From Camelus ferus (taxonomy: Eukaryota), in assembly GCF_009834535.1 (NCBI RefSeq), contig NC_045698.1, positions 15,440,001-15,504,000 on the forward strand: DNA of 64,000 bases. Reading direction: 5' to 3'. The notes under the pieces were generated by a model that had not been told where the DNA came from, searched no databases, and was given only the letters and a program-made list of their open reading frames with translations. Every line of letters begins with the position of its first letter. Positions within the stretch are counted from its first letter, which is position 1. Of the stretch, positions 23,985 to 38,500 are shown piece by piece. The position numbers and the translations under genes were made by a program.

Positions 23985-26900
23985 CTGTAGCAGGACAAAT
24001 CGAAAGTGAGCACATACATTCACACAGAAAGTAGCAAGGATGGTGACCACGCTGCAGACCAATTTGCAAGTTAAGACCAATTGCATGGGTTTCAAAATTT
24101 CATTTTCCTTCATCATTAGTGGATAGGGGGAGTACAAGTTAAACATTTTAGAAGAGAATCAATTACTTGTAGAAGTGTCTGGGTAACTTGGAAAGATAAT
24201 CAGCTGCATACATTAAAATGACATATGCACACATATGTGCTAGGTAAGACTTACTCCTTTTTAGGAGCATTTAAAACAGCAAGAGATAAAGTATCTATGA
24301 AGAGCAGCATTTTCTGCTCTTATCCAATACTGCCATCCAGTGGAATTAAGCAGTAATTTAAAACAACAAAGTTGCAATCATTGAAGATACTTTTTGGATT
24401 CCAGCTGAAAATTTGATGTAACAAAATATGTTTTTTCTTGGACCACTTTTATTCTTTTACAATAATATTTTTTTCAATTAAATACTTTTGAATGTCTAGA
24501 TCTTTTCACTAAAAAGGACTGTATCCAGATTTAAAACATGCAGTGTAGTAATTATGAAAATAGTTTCAGTCCTTTGTGTCCTCAGAGTTACAAGTATAAT
24601 TAGTAGACACTGTAAACCATCATCAGGTTATATGAGGAAGAATTAAAGCTTTGAACATACATAATCTGAAAAGAAGGTGAAAAACGTATTCAGACATAAT
24701 TTGTCCTTGAGTAACTGATTCTTGATTTTTACTTTATTCTTTTACATTTTTTTACATTTACTCTTTTTCCTAATAGTGGTTTTATGTTCCCAATAACTGA
24801 AAATATTATATTGTAGAAATATGATGTTATTACAGTGCTTTATTTAAACGAAAACATTAAGATTATTGGCTCTGGCTCCCAATCACCTGTGAAAAACTAA
24901 AACAACATGAAATTAACAATAACATAGTTAATTAACACAGTAATTTTCCTGGGATCTTTAAAAGTGTCTGTTCTCTACATGAATTCCCTCTAGTATGACT
25001 CCAGTGACTACCTACTTGCTGAGTCAACACGTCTTTTTTTTTTGCCTTTGTGCACCTGGGGGATACAAAGTAGGTATATTTCTCTCTTTTAAAGACAAGA
25101 TTGCTGTTTTACACATTTTCTATGAAGAAGGGAAAAGAAAAGAAAAAATTGCTGTGAAATCCTCAAAAACTCACAATTCTATAAAGTTTATTACGGCAAA
25201 CAGTAACACTTCTTGGGCTTGACATTAAGTCTCTTTCACAGTAATTTTCACTCAGGGAGATCTATCTTTATTGCCCCTGTCATCATTCCTTTTATTTTGC
25301 TTAGTTTGTCCATTTTATTATCCATGTATTTATTTTCCTTGAACTCAAAGTTTTATTTTATTTTTTTAATATTTGTATTTATTCAGCTCAGACCTGTTTA
25401 CGTGTTATATTGATTTTCTTCAGTTTTCATTTCCTTCTTGTTCGGAATTTTGATTTGTCTTAAAGCCAATATAAGGAAAGTTATGCATAATATGCCATGG
25501 TTTATATTGCGGCTGTTGGTTACATGGTAGAAATAATATCCAGAAAAAAAGATGGTCCAATGATGCTCTTGTTTTGATCAGCCCACAGCTTGACTACTGT
25601 GTTTTGTTAAAGGAATCAGGCTCAAGAAAGGATGACCCATTGCCAGAATAGGAGAGCAAAATATTCTTCAAACCAAAAATAAATAACTGCTACTATTACT
25701 GGGAGTGTTCATTCTGGAAAGAAGAAGATCAAGAGAAAAAAGGACAAACCTTTTAAAATATCAAAGGGCTATCATGTTGCATATCAGTTAGCCTTATTCC
25801 AAACGTCTCTCAGTGGGGGACTCATAATTTAGATTATTAAATACGGTAGCTGTAAGTCTAAAAACGGAAGAAATCTCTAACAAATGAAAGCTTTAAAATT
25901 AATGTTTAAAAGTATCGTCTGCCTACACGGTGGTAGGTCCTGGGATACATGCTGGGAGGATGGAAAGGGGCAAAGATAAACAAGGCTTGAATTCTCTCTA
26001 GATTTAACCCAGAGAAGAGTGAGAAACATGTCATCTTGTTTAATGGATGAGATGTTTGAAGAAGTACTAAGTCTCCCATCATTTGACACATTCAAGAGAA
26101 ACTGGATGTCATAAGAGATATCTCAGTGCTGCAGAATTGATAAGGCTACACAGGGTAGCTCCAGTTAGAGAACATATAAATATATCCTTTGTGTTTTTGT
26201 AAACTCAAAATGCTTGATGAATGCTAAATGATATACTTTTTTTTAATCATACTTATCCATAACTTCTAGTGTAAGACAGTTTTGGCTTTATCTTGGGTCC
26301 TTTTGCCTACACAGCTACTTGAGCTGCCCTGGCTCATGCTTACTTCCTTTTTTGGCCCAGAATTAACTTCTCTTAGGATGTAGGAATTAGTATCGATTGT
26401 TCTTTCCCGCTTTACTTCTAGACATGGGAATGCTGCTGACTGTCTGTTGGATCAGGCAGATTCTTTTCTAGGCAAGATGTCAATTTTATTTTTCTTCATT
26501 GACATGCCATTGTTGTCTGATGGACTTGACTGCCTCCTTCAAAGTCCATTTCAAGCCCAGAAATGAAGCGAGAATTCTAAAACCATTTCTACATCTTGTT
26601 TTAGGAGACCAGACATAGTCAGTGCCTTTCAAGAACTCCCGGCTTGTCACAGCAGACAAATATTTAGTGGTCAGGGAGATACAGAGTGAGATGAAAGCAA
26701 CCCTCTGTACATACGGATATTTTTTATGACTGAAAACTTACATCCTGCAGTGATCAAAGAACTGAAGAAAACTGTAGGAGAAATGCCACAGTAATTTCCT
26801 AGACAGACTTGCCTCTTCAGAACTCTGGCCTTTAGCAATGCCATTTTATAAAACCAGAAAGCTCAGAAAAAGGAAAAGGAATCAATGCTGATCTCTCTCT

Positions 26901-27624
26901 AGTTGATTTCATGCAATTTATCTGACAGACTACCCTCCAGTTTTTGTAGAGGCAGGGTGGGGTGTGGCAGTGTTAAGAAATGAAATTCATCCAACTTTGC
27001 AAACAAAAAGTCCATTATTTGAAATATGTATAGAAAAGCAGAACTTTTTGCTATTGTTAGGAAATGAATCATATTCTATAACAGAATTCCATTATTATGA
27101 AGTTGAGCTAATTTATTTTAGCTCTTATGCAATAAATAGAAAACTTTGTGGTACTGCTTGGGGTGCATTCAATTTTATGAACCTTTCTAGAAAAGTAAGA
27201 AAATGACTGATTAAGGAGAATTTAGCTGAGTAGCTCCTTCCTTCTAAGGATGTTCCAATAAAGGAAAGTTAGTGAAATCAGAAATTTCAGGAAACAGTTC
27301 ACCTTATAGGGAGTTTTACAGTAAGAAACCATAGCTGGGGAGAAGCGGAGAAGATATATTCAATTGTTCTTTAGAATTGTCTTTTTGCTTCTTTGCTTTT
27401 AGCCATTTTCTCTGCTTTTACTTGGCTGAGGTCCAGGTCATGAAAAAGCACATAAAATATTAAGGGCCAAGTGATTTTCTCACTTCAAAAAAGGATGAGC
27501 AATTTTTGGCATAAAATACAAGGGAATAACTCCCTGGGCTCTTCCAATTCTCATCATGCTTCCCAATAATGTGGAGTGAAAATGGATAGTGAGAGTTATA
27601 TTCTGAGGCACTTGAAAAGTAGCT

Positions 27625-28140
27625 TTGGTAGACAGAATTCCGAGGTGTCCCCAAGATTCTCACCCCTCAAAACAAGATAATCTCTTATATAATTTGCTTC
27701 CCTCATGTATGTGAGGAGACTTTGAGTTGAATGGGATATCACTCCATGAATTTGTTAAGTTTCACAGAAAAATAAATAATGCAAATATAACCAAGCTCCT
27801 TAAAACTTAACATTGAGTTAATTACAAGGGAGATTTGACTTGAAGGGTTGGATGTAATCTGTGAGCCCTAAAAGAAGGAGGCACTAGAGGTGATGTCCTC
27901 CTGGCCTGGAAGAAGTAAATTCGTGATGTAGGAGCCCACCTGACAAGTGCCCGGGGGGCCTATAGAAACTGAGACTGGACCTCGCCAACAAACAGCAAAA
28001 AAGTAGGAACCGCAGTCATAAAGCCACAACCAGTAATCGTAGGGGTAGGGGAAACCTCTAAGCCTCAGATCAGCTGCAGTGCCGGTCTACACCTTGATTT
28101 CAGCCTGGGAGACAATGAGCAGAAAGGCCACTTATACCAT
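27625..28140 (+). mobile_element. MLT1 (MaLR) LTR
   Basis: ggtagacagaattccgaggtgtccccaagattctcacccc ... accttgatttcagcctgggagac. Confidence 0.7.
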
Positions 28141-30329
28141 TCTCTGCCCCACTATAGCTTGTCCGTTCATCCCTTGTTACTTTCTGTGTTCCTAGGTTGC
28201 TTCAATTTTCCTGATGAACTTGTATCATTTTCACCATCACAGTAAAGTCCTCACTCTTAACAAAATGTATCCTTTAGAAATGACTCTACTTTCTCAATCA
28301 TAGCAGAGGGTTTCATGGTCAATGGAAAGGAAAATTGTCTATGAACCCAAAGAACTGAAGGCTCTACATTTATCTGAAACAGAAAATGCTTTTCAAGACA
28401 AGCAACTAGAAAACAGATTTACAACAGGCTGAACAAGGATGAAAAGACACTAGGAACAAGCTCTTGTACAGGTTTAGTATAGCAAGCTGAACTACAGTGA
28501 TAAGCCTTTCAGATCAAGGATCCCTTTAAAGGAAATTCAAGTGCCCCCAACTTAATTTCTTGATCAATATAATAGTCCTTTTATTTGTTGCCAGCACTTT
28601 CCCATTCCATGAGAAACTCTACCACTACTCAAGTCGCATATTAAATCATCCATAGTTGATGTCTGTTCTTACTTCTTTAATTGATTTGTTCAAATTAATT
28701 TAAATCCACATAAAACAAATCAAATATTTGATTAGATTTTGATTGTGTCACAGTAGGAATGGAGGCTATCTTGGTTCATGGGTTAAATCAAGTCCATTTT
28801 TTCATAGAGAGGGAGAGTCAGAACAAATAATAATAGTACTTTTCAGTTAGAGAGAAGATTTAAGAGGAATATAGGGTCATGGGACAGAAAAAGAGTGAGG
28901 GAGACATTACATAAAATCGATAGGATGTGTATCTCTGAGGATGTAGAACTGGAACAGAGATGAGAAGAACCAGGTGCGGGGAAATCAGAGGGAAATGAGC
29001 CGGGTGGGGGGGGGAATCAAGGGCAAAATTCCCAAAGCATTTTGTTTTTTCAACAAATATTTCTCAAATATCCTACTGTGTCCTAGATATCATTATAGAT
29101 GCTAAAACTGGACAAAGCAGATAAAATCCCTCATGGATTTTGCTGTCTTCTGGGATTTGATGGACACCAATAAGATAAATAAGGAAAATATGTAGCTTCT
29201 AAGTGGTAATAAGTGCTTAAGAAAAATCCAAAACTTGGAAGACAGATGTGTACTGTGTGTGTCGGGGGTGGATGGAGCAAATGTGTGTGTCTATGTGAGA
29301 GGGAGTTATGGGAGAGTCTGGTATATTTCACCATCATTAAGGGAGAAATTCAACTCAGAATTTCACACACACAAATGGTCAAATAGCTATTTAATGGATA
29401 AAAGTTGTCACATTATAGATGAGAATATCCCTATAATAAAGGACAAAATAGTGATATGTGGCCATGTTTAAAACCTAGATTTTGACAAATTTAAACAGTA
29501 TTTTAGTTTAAAAAAAAAAAACCTTAGAAGAACAATGGAATTACCAGACAAAAAGTGTCTGGTAAATAAAAATGTTATAATGAAAAAAAAAGTATATTTC
29601 ATATATCTTATCTTTAAAAATCTGTTACAGAACTATTTATTACAAATGCATTTAATTTTCTGTGGGCAAGTTATACACTCCAATTTTGTGTGTGTGTGTG
29701 TGTGTGCAGGATTGCTAATGTTTGATAACTTTAATGAATTAACTTAAGAATCATGGCATTATTTCTGAGCCCATGTTTTAGTGACAATAATTTTTGGAAC
29801 AAATTCAGTAACTAAGATAAAACAAAAGAAAAAAGAGAATTGGAAGAACTCCTAGTGCTTTTATTTAAGAGCTTTTGGTGATATTTTCCCTAAAAAAGAG
29901 ATTTTATCAACTATCATAAACGCCTAAGCAAAATATATGTTTTTATAGGCACATGCAGTATAAATCAGGCCATCTGGGGGCAATTATCTTTTTAGCTTCT
30001 AGAATGGCCACTATCACATTTTACTTCTAACATATACTGTTCCTCACAGTAGTTGAAAGTATATGCTTTTCAAACGTATACTGTAATTGACTGTGAGACA
30101 TAATCTTGAAAAAAATCTATTTTTCTTTAATGAGCTTGATATGTCCCAATTGTATAATCAGTATAACATTATTTTTCTAAATATTTTTTTAAAAATGTTG
30201 AACTTTGCATGGTGTGTGAGGGCTAAGAAAAATAATGCATCCAAAGTTCAAACAACAAAACCAACATGAGATCTTTTTTAAACAAAAATTTTAAACACTC
30301 TATACATTTCAAGCATTTCCTTTATCATG

Positions 30330-31240
30330 GCAACAGAGACATAAATACGACAAAGGGTCTTTAAGGGCTTACATTATAGTAGAAAGAATCAGACGCATTT
30401 CAAATATGAGCGTCATAAGTCTCCTAGGTGCCTGGACAGAAATGCTGACATTTGGGGAAGAAAGTAAGGAGGGCTCAACTTTGCCGGAAGGACTCAAGGA
30501 AGTCTTGGGTGAGAGCCACGGGTGAGAGTTACGTTATGAAACAGGAAACAATTAATAGAGATGCTCATATAGTGCAGGGCCTTCTATGCAGAAGGAAGAA
30601 TAGCATAGCATCTTTGGTAGAAATTGCAATGAATTTGGTGTGGTTAGAACGTAGCGCGTTCATGTGTGCATGTGCGCGCTCAGAGACAGTAATAGAAAAT
30701 ATGCTGTTCGCTCTCTATCCTACTGGTGATGGGAACCAGAGACGGACTGAGTGGGAGAGTAAGATAAACAGATTTAGGTTTCAAACATTCACTCATGAAG
30801 GAAAGGATGAGGTGGATGAACATGAGGTGCGTAGCCACCGCAGTGGTGGAAAGGAGTAACCAGGACGGTAAGTCAGAGAGAAAGAGGGAAATCTTAACCC
30901 AAGTTCGCGATGAATCAGTGTCCTGGCTTCCCGTCCTATTTGCCAAGGGGAGGTCAGTGGTAATGGAAGCAGCGTAAGAAAAAGCTAGCTTTCTGCCCAA
31001 AGGAACTAGGCTGGAGGTGGGGCCTTTTCCAGGTGGGAGAAAACAGAAGCAGGTGCGCTTTTGTTGGGAGAAAAGAAGGAATTCCGCTTTAGACGTTCTG
31101 ACTTTGAAAAGGCTGCAGCACACACAAGTTGGCATTGTCCACATGGCACAGAGTCTTCACTGGTTTTGTCACCTTGGAGCCTAACTGAGAGTTGATGAGA
31201 CTGGGGAAGTTAGGTGAGATGCTTAGAGAAGGTGAAGCCA
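30330..31240. mobile_element. Degenerate L2-like fragment
   Basis: Purine-rich L2-type segments (ggagaaaagaaggaattccgctttagacgttctgactttgaaa). The overlapping ORFs have no recognisable protein motifs. Confidence 0.5.
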
Positions 31241-33029
31241 AATATTTACAAAAACAGAAACATAATATTTACAGAAACAAAGAGCACCACTTATTTTTCT
31301 TTGAAATTTTTCATGGCAGACTAACAAAAATAGGAGTATATTAAACTTAACAAATTGAGGTGTACGTTTGGCTATATATAAAACAAAGCATTCCTAATTT
31401 TATTTTTAGTTTTTTCTGAATTATTCAAAAATCAACCACAAGATGGTGTTATGCTACCAAATCACTTGATGTGAATTCACTGCCATTCAAACGGACGGCA
31501 AAAGGCAAGTGAGTTTTAGTGACTAACAGGGCATAAGTAAAATGTCCAGTGGGGCCAGTTGAGAGTTCGGTCTATTTATTAAAAATCCTGGTGAAGAATA
31601 AAGTATTTTCTCTCATGTATTTAAGGAAAAAGAATTTAAGGAAATTTACATTCCCTGTGATCACAATTACGGTTACTTGAAATGAAATGACATTGCCAAG
31701 TAACAGCAAAATAGGATTTTTTAAAATTCTGAAGAAGTTTTACTTATTTTAAAATAAATAGGAAATCACTTTACCGTTCTTTATTTTAGACAGATGCTAC
31801 CATTACTTACTAGTTCTCAGTAGATGTTTTGAAGAAATAGCAGGGAACTGTTTGAGAAATTATGCAAGACATTAAATTAGCCTTTTGCATAATATAAGTA
31901 TCCATCACACTTCTTAACTGCTGACTAAATTTCTTAATCAGTAGTAAGAAAATCACGATCACAGTAACAATTCATATGTATTTTCAGTCCTTGAATGCTT
32001 TTAAGTCACGTAATTTTATATTTATATTTATATCCAGTAAGTATATACTTACTCTCAGTTATCCAGTAGGAAAAAAACCCACTAAAATGTACTTCATTAA
32101 GAATGATATTGCTGAATTTAAAACACCTTATTCTCTCATTTTAAATGTAGCCCATCCCTTAATATTTAGACGTGACACAAGTTTTTAAAGTTTTATTATC
32201 CCGGCTTTGTTATTGTTTCTGTTGTTATAATACTTAACAACATATAGGGCAATGTTTTTTATTCATACTGTGCTCTGTGCAGTAGGACATAAGTATAAAG
32301 TAAGAGTAGTTTGTTTCTTTTTTCTTTTTTTTTTTTCCCAACCAATATCCTGTGCCTTGGAGAGATATATAAAGTTGCATAATGTTATTCTGAATTCAAC
32401 GTGACACAGTGAAATGGCATTCTGTCACAGTGCTCATAAACTGAATGCAAATTGAGGTTTAAAAAAATAAAAATGCCTTTTTTCATTCTTCTCAGCTCAT
32501 ATAAACCCAACCATCATTTTTATCCACTTAGACCCTCCCTCTTTGTCCATAGACAAAGAGGAGAGGGGGAAAATAGTAAAGGCAAAGTAAATAAAGATTT
32601 TGGGGATAATGAGAATATGTGCTTCAGAGAATTTTAAGCATTTTAATTTATTTTTAAGTGAACTAAAAAAAGAAAAACTCTAAAAACCAAAGACATCATG
32701 ATATTTAAAAACAGCTACATATAAAATGTAGAATATACATTTTTAGATTTTCTAGATGCATGTAATACACTTAAGAACATAATTTCCATATGAATTTGGT
32801 TTTACGTCAAGACTTTTCATTGTAATTCTATGCTGAGATATTGAAAGGAAAAGTTTCCAAAAAGTAATTTTAAGAAAATTACGGAACCGAAATGATCACT
32901 GCGGTTGATATTTACATACGTATTTATTATCGTATGTCGATTTCTTCTGGGACTCTGAAGAAGTTCAAGATAAAGTGTTCTGAGAACTCTCTGAATATAC
33001 GTATAAACAGTCCTAAAATATGCTCTTCA

Positions 33030-33190
33030 CTCAGAAAAAAAAAAAGTAAACTTAAAGGACTGCAGGCCAACAAGTACATGAAAAGATGATGACCATCACT
33101 TGTAATTAGGCAAATGTGAATTAAAATCACAATGAGCTATCACCTCATACATGTTAGACTGGCTGTTATCAAAAAGCCAAAAAAAAAGAA
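33030..33190 (+). mobile_element. Short L1 ORF2 fragment
   Basis: ggccaacaagtacatgaaaagatg...aaaatcacaatgagctatcacctcatacatgttagactggctgttatcaaaaag. Confidence 0.75.
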
Positions 33191-33579
33191 AAAGAGTTTT
33201 TCATGGGCTTTATTCAACTGAATATTTCCTCATTATTTTGTTTTTCAGAAAGCATACTGCTATATTAAAGTCATATATCTACATGTACAAGCACATATGC
33301 ACTCAAAACAATACATGCATCAGATATGTAGACAGGTAGGTAGATAGGCAGATAGGTTAGTACTTTTAAAATTTTGTTATAAAAATGTTCTCCTGAATTT
33401 TTTTTCAAGATTTAATAAATGTATGTAGGTTGCAATTTTCTTTTTCAACAGAATAAGAAGTTAGCAAGTAGGGATTACCTCTGGTGATTCCTTATTTAGA
33501 AACACAAAGCACATTAGAACACCGAAAACAAATCTATCAAAATGCTTGTGTAATCTATCAGAGGATCAGAATATTACCA

Positions 33580-33705
33580 GGGAGGAGAGAAATGGCTCAG
33601 CAGTAGGGTGCGCGCTTACATGTATGAGGTCCTGGGTTCAAGTCCCAGTGCCTCTATTGAAGGAAAAATAGATAAATATAGGTACATAAAAAAAAAAAAA
33701 AAAAG
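33580..33705 (+). mobile_element. tRNA-Ala-derived SINE (Vic-1-like)
   Basis: tggctcagcagtagggtgcgcgcttacatgtatgaggtcctgggttcaagtcccagtgcctc, then A-rich tail. Confidence 0.8.
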
Positions 33706-34929
33706 AGAAAAACAAGCAAAACTACAACAAAAAATAATGGAATAAAATTTTGACAAATATATTTTTTCTAAGTGTACTTCGAAAATTCAACATAAATGCA
33801 TAATTTTGCTGAATGGGATCATGAGGTTAAATTCATTTCTAGACAAAGCAGAATTTATGCACAATGAAAATGATAAATCATCTATATGAAAGCTATATTT
33901 CTTTTCAGGATTAGTTTCATGACCACATGTGTTGTTTCTTTGGTTCAAATTCAGAGTTCCTGAACAAACATGGAAACAGCAGCCTGATTAATGAGACGGA
34001 ATGCAAAAATACTTCCTGTAGGTTAAAATAATTGCAAGTCTTAAACGTGTATGATTTACTGCAGTTTGGGATGAATAGAGTACGCTTTGTTATGACAAGG
34101 AGGGGAAAACAGTGCTATATTAAATGAGATTCACTTTTTTTATCTGCACTCCATTATTGAAAATTCCTATAATTTACCTCTTTGTTACAGAAACAATCTT
34201 CATATCCCAAATATAATCTTTCTCACATTGACATACTCCTTCTTCATGACCCTTCCTGATGAAAGATAAACTACATACACTGAAATAATGACTTATTTCT
34301 AATAGTTTGATTTTTATTCTCTTTTTCTGCAATCCTTTTTTTGACATGAATCAATGTAACATTACTAGATGACTTCCTATCATTCAGCCTTTTTTCCCCC
34401 TCTCATTAATTTTTGTTTACTTACCTTGTCAAAGCGCCCTCTAGACCAACAATACCTGTTCTCATTTCTTCCATTTCTCCAGTAGCAGAGAACCCCCCCT
34501 CCCATTCCAGAGTTCTAAGTCCAGGCTCACCAACAAGGTGTGAACTAGATATTCATATTCTCAGAAAAGTAATAAGAGGGGCAAGACCAAGCCTGGTGTT
34601 CTTAGAGTTTACTTCTAGATCTTAGTTTTAAATTAATCTTTTCATCTAAGCTTAGAACAACAAAAATTAAATTAAACTTAAACTCTGGTAGCAATTGTTT
34701 TGAATGATATAAACAAATTAATAGGCTGAACTGTTTCAACATGAAATTTATACCTGTTGAATCACAGAATAGGGTTTCTGGGAGTGAATACTTCACAATC
34801 ACCTGGTCTTTTTTAAATTTAAAATATTGCTAATTGAAGGGAAATTAAAATTTCCGTCATTTTCAGGTTTTAGTCTTTCTGTTCTTTACTTTGTATTGGA
34901 TGTAAATGTCCAAAAAAGTGTCTACGTAC

Positions 34930-35117
34930 CTTTTTCAATTTGATGACTCCTTCTTGTGTATCCTCATCCGTGACGATGTCAAAAAAATTCCCCCCATCTC
35001 CTGGAACAATATTGTATTCAATTTCTGCATTTTGTCCAAAATCAGGATCCACCGCTCTTATTCTTCCAATCGCTGAACCAATAGGAGAAGACTCAGGAAC
35101 TTTCAGATGGAAGATGC
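34930..35117 (-). CDS. CDH12: Cadherin-12 internal coding exon (188 bp, phase 1/0), first part of EC3
   Basis: (S)[62 protein letters not shown], with PE and DxD motifs. Acceptor tcatcag|GC, donor AAG|gtacgt. In frame with both neighbours. Confidence 0.96.
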
Positions 35118-35499
35118 CTGATGACACATATATAATTTTTGTTGACAGTGGAATTAGTAAGGTTTATTGTAAGATTACCAGGCTTAAAAAACATAGTCTA
35201 TAGAAAATAAATTAAATTTAAAACCATAATAGTGCAAAATTGAAAGGCAATTTGCTGTCAAGTGAAGGGTTACAATTAGGAGTAATATTTTCACTTTTCA
35301 CTTCAGTAGATCCTGTTGTAGAATTTCAGCTGGGCATTATAAACAGTGGAAAGTGTTAAATTAAAATTCCTGTGAAAAAAATATTATTTTACATATTAAC
35401 ACCATCTAAGTGTACCTAGTATCAAATGTGCAGGTGGGACTATCCATGAAATAAACTGGTACTAATGCAAAAGAATCCAGGATACAAGACATAGATAAA

Positions 35500-35540
35500 A
35501 AAGATAGACAGATAGATCGATAGACAGATAGATAGATGAT
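35500..35540. repeat. Imperfect (GATA/GACA)n microsatellite
   Basis: agatagacagatagatcgatagacagatagatagatgat. Confidence 0.8.
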
Positions 35541-38500
35541 GAAGACAGTTATGTAGATATTTATAGAAAAATAAGGTTATGTGTCTTAACATACATGAAT
35601 GTAAAATGTATGTATAACATAAATATAAAAGCAGATGAACTATTTACTCAGTAAGTATAAATCGAACTAAAAATGACCTGGAAAATGATTATATAGATAG
35701 TTAATCCAAATTTTAATCTACAATAGACTTAAGTGTTGTGTATTTTAGATTAATATTCAACTTATATTTAGTAAATTTTGACTGCGTTCCCTTCTAGGTA
35801 ATTTTACACAGTTTTAAAATCAGGATATAAAGTTCTTTCTGCCAATTTTTTAGCATTAAAAAAAAGAAAAAAAGAAAATGCTTATTTTTTTTTAACCACC
35901 AGGTGGAGAACTGACATTACTGTAAATTTGATACTGTCAGAAAAACTTGTAAAAATCTTTATACAAAATATATCAGAATCACAAAAATATGGTATCTCAC
36001 AAAAACTAAAATATTTACATTGTTTAAAATAATTTATAAAATTTTGTAAAGTATAATGTGAAGAAAAAGATACAGGCTATTTTACTAATTATCAATGTAA
36101 ATATCAGTAGATTAAACAGCATTCTGTTTAGATCAAGATAAGGAAGGAAAGCAAACAGGAGAAAAAAAAGCAAAAGCAAAACTAAACACAAAAATACAAA
36201 GTTTAAATTAATATTGACTCCAGTTTAAATTTCTGGAGATTTTGGATTGTACTTTCCCAAGATTAAAGCAACCAGGGTAATTGATTTGAACTTCTAGTTA
36301 CCTTTGTAGCAATTAAATTAGGGAAGTTTTAATCTGTTTTTTTTTTTTTTTTTTTTTTTTGGTTGGTGAAGCTCATTCAACAAACTACACTACAATATTA
36401 CAATTATTTCCTTTAATAGATATGAGAAAAATAACCAATCAGATGTTATGGAGGTTCTGCCAAATAGTTTCTTTTTTATCCCCAATTATTTTTAGAGGTC
36501 TTGTAGTTCTCTCACAGACTCAAAATTTTTTAATTTCACTAGCCGCAGTAGCAGTTAAATCTTGCTATTTGCCTTTCTACCACCTCCCCTTAAGAAAAAG
36601 ATACCTACTATTTGCTTTTATTATGTTAAAATCAGCCTTATTCATATCCATCCAATGGACATTACCTCAAAGGGATGTATAATATATGTAGTCTCGAGAC
36701 AGCTAAGTATTTACTTAGAATTATTTGTTTCCAGACAGCACACTTTACAGTGGTATAAAATACTTGCTTAATTAGTTGATTTAATAATTGACTAAAAGTA
36801 TACCTGCCTTCAAAGAAGATACGAGAAATCTCTCTCAAAGAGAAAATGCAAATGTTAAAACAAACAAACAAACAAACATAGACCAAATAAAAATACTTCA
36901 AGTGGCAATAATGGAGTGTTATGTAGACATTATGAATTGATTTTGGTTAAATAATTTGTATTTATCTGTCAAACTAGCATCTTTCCATAGGCTATGGTTA
37001 TGTTTCATTAGGTTTTATTCCCTAAGCACCTAACAGAGTGGCTGTCATATAGAGTTGCTCAATGTTTGTGGACTTAAAGCAGGGTTTGAATTTGAGGCCC
37101 TAAGAGCAAAGAAAAAGAATACAATCACAGGGTACATTGTATACCAATTGCCTACAAGAAGGGTAAAGACAAACCCAAGGGGAATTTGTCTGAGTTCAAA
37201 TAGCCATGATTACGTAGAACATGATGTGACTTTTGCAAGCTACTTTCTATAGAGAATACGTGTTCCACAGTAGCCACACTTAAACCTGATCCTGTTGAAG
37301 TGCTCCAGAAGATATTAGTAAACTTAAAGATGCCTGAATTCCTGTTTACTGCGTCAAGAAAGCATGCGACCGTTATGTAAAGTTGTCCTAAACTTCTCAG
37401 GGACCAATTCCAATGAAAAAGGAAAAGGAATAGAACATGAGGTGTTTTTTAATTGTCTTTTTTCTCCCTCTCTTCATACCTATTAAATATAAGTATAATT
37501 GATCAGAAGTGTGTCTACATCCTTTGCGTCTTGTTGTGTGATTGTGATACCGAAGCCGAAGAAGCACCAAAAGCCTTGAATCTAGAGTGTGATCTGTCAA
37601 GGTCTAATCTCGTGGTACATCACCAAGTGTTAGGAAAGGTCTTGAATTTTTCCAAATAAAATAGAGCAATGGAGGTCTATAAATCTCCTCTAACAGGATA
37701 TCTAGTTGGGAAATTTATGACTAAAAATTATCAAAGACATGCTTGGCAGACAGAGATCTGAGAGAGACCAGGAGCTGTCAAGTGTAGTGCATCTCAAAGT
37801 TGAAACATGGCCAACAGTGCATGGTGGAGATGCTTATACACATTGGGGCACATGGAGGGTTGAGTGGAATTTTTAGGAAAACAGAGACATCTAACTTAAA
37901 AGCTTGGAATATTTCTGCGTAGTCTATCTGATCTATTGAAGGGGAGAAACTTTAGGTTACATATTAGATTTATGCGTTTGCTTTTCATTTGAACACTTAA
38001 AAGCAGAAATAATAGAATCAAAGATCAAAGGAACTAACCCAGTCTGGCATCATCACTGAGGGATTCTGGTTAGTGAAGGGGAAGACTTCAGCCAGAATTG
38101 AGATGCTTCAACGTGAGAAAAACATTTTAAACTGTGAAAGGTTATCTAAAGGACATCAGATAATAGAGAGTATAGATGAACATGTCCCCCTTTTCAAGGC
38201 AATATGCTGATATATGAATTTTATGTTTTATAAAAGAACATTTATGAGGCTAATAACAATACATGTGAAGCAGCTATACTATGTAGCACTCTATCAATAT
38301 AAGTTAAATAACAGCTTTTTGAAAATTTGTGATCCTATATAGCATGACTACAAAGTTCGTAATTATCTAATGGCATTGGAAGACTTGTGACAAACTGAAA
38401 TACTAGCCTTGTCCAAAAAAGATGGGCTCACCTGCATTCCAGTAACAGGCCCTACCAAAATTAAGATGTAATAGAAGTAAAACGGTGATTCATCACTTAC

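Noticed and set aside
23727..24146. 139-aa ORF as a stand-alone gene
   Set aside because: Only 23731-23984 is cadherin-like and bounded by AG/GT; the N-terminal part is intron read-through.
30452..31144. Overlapping 135-aa and 154-aa ORFs
   Set aside because: No recognisable domain or splice-supported structure; they lie in degenerate L2-like sequence.
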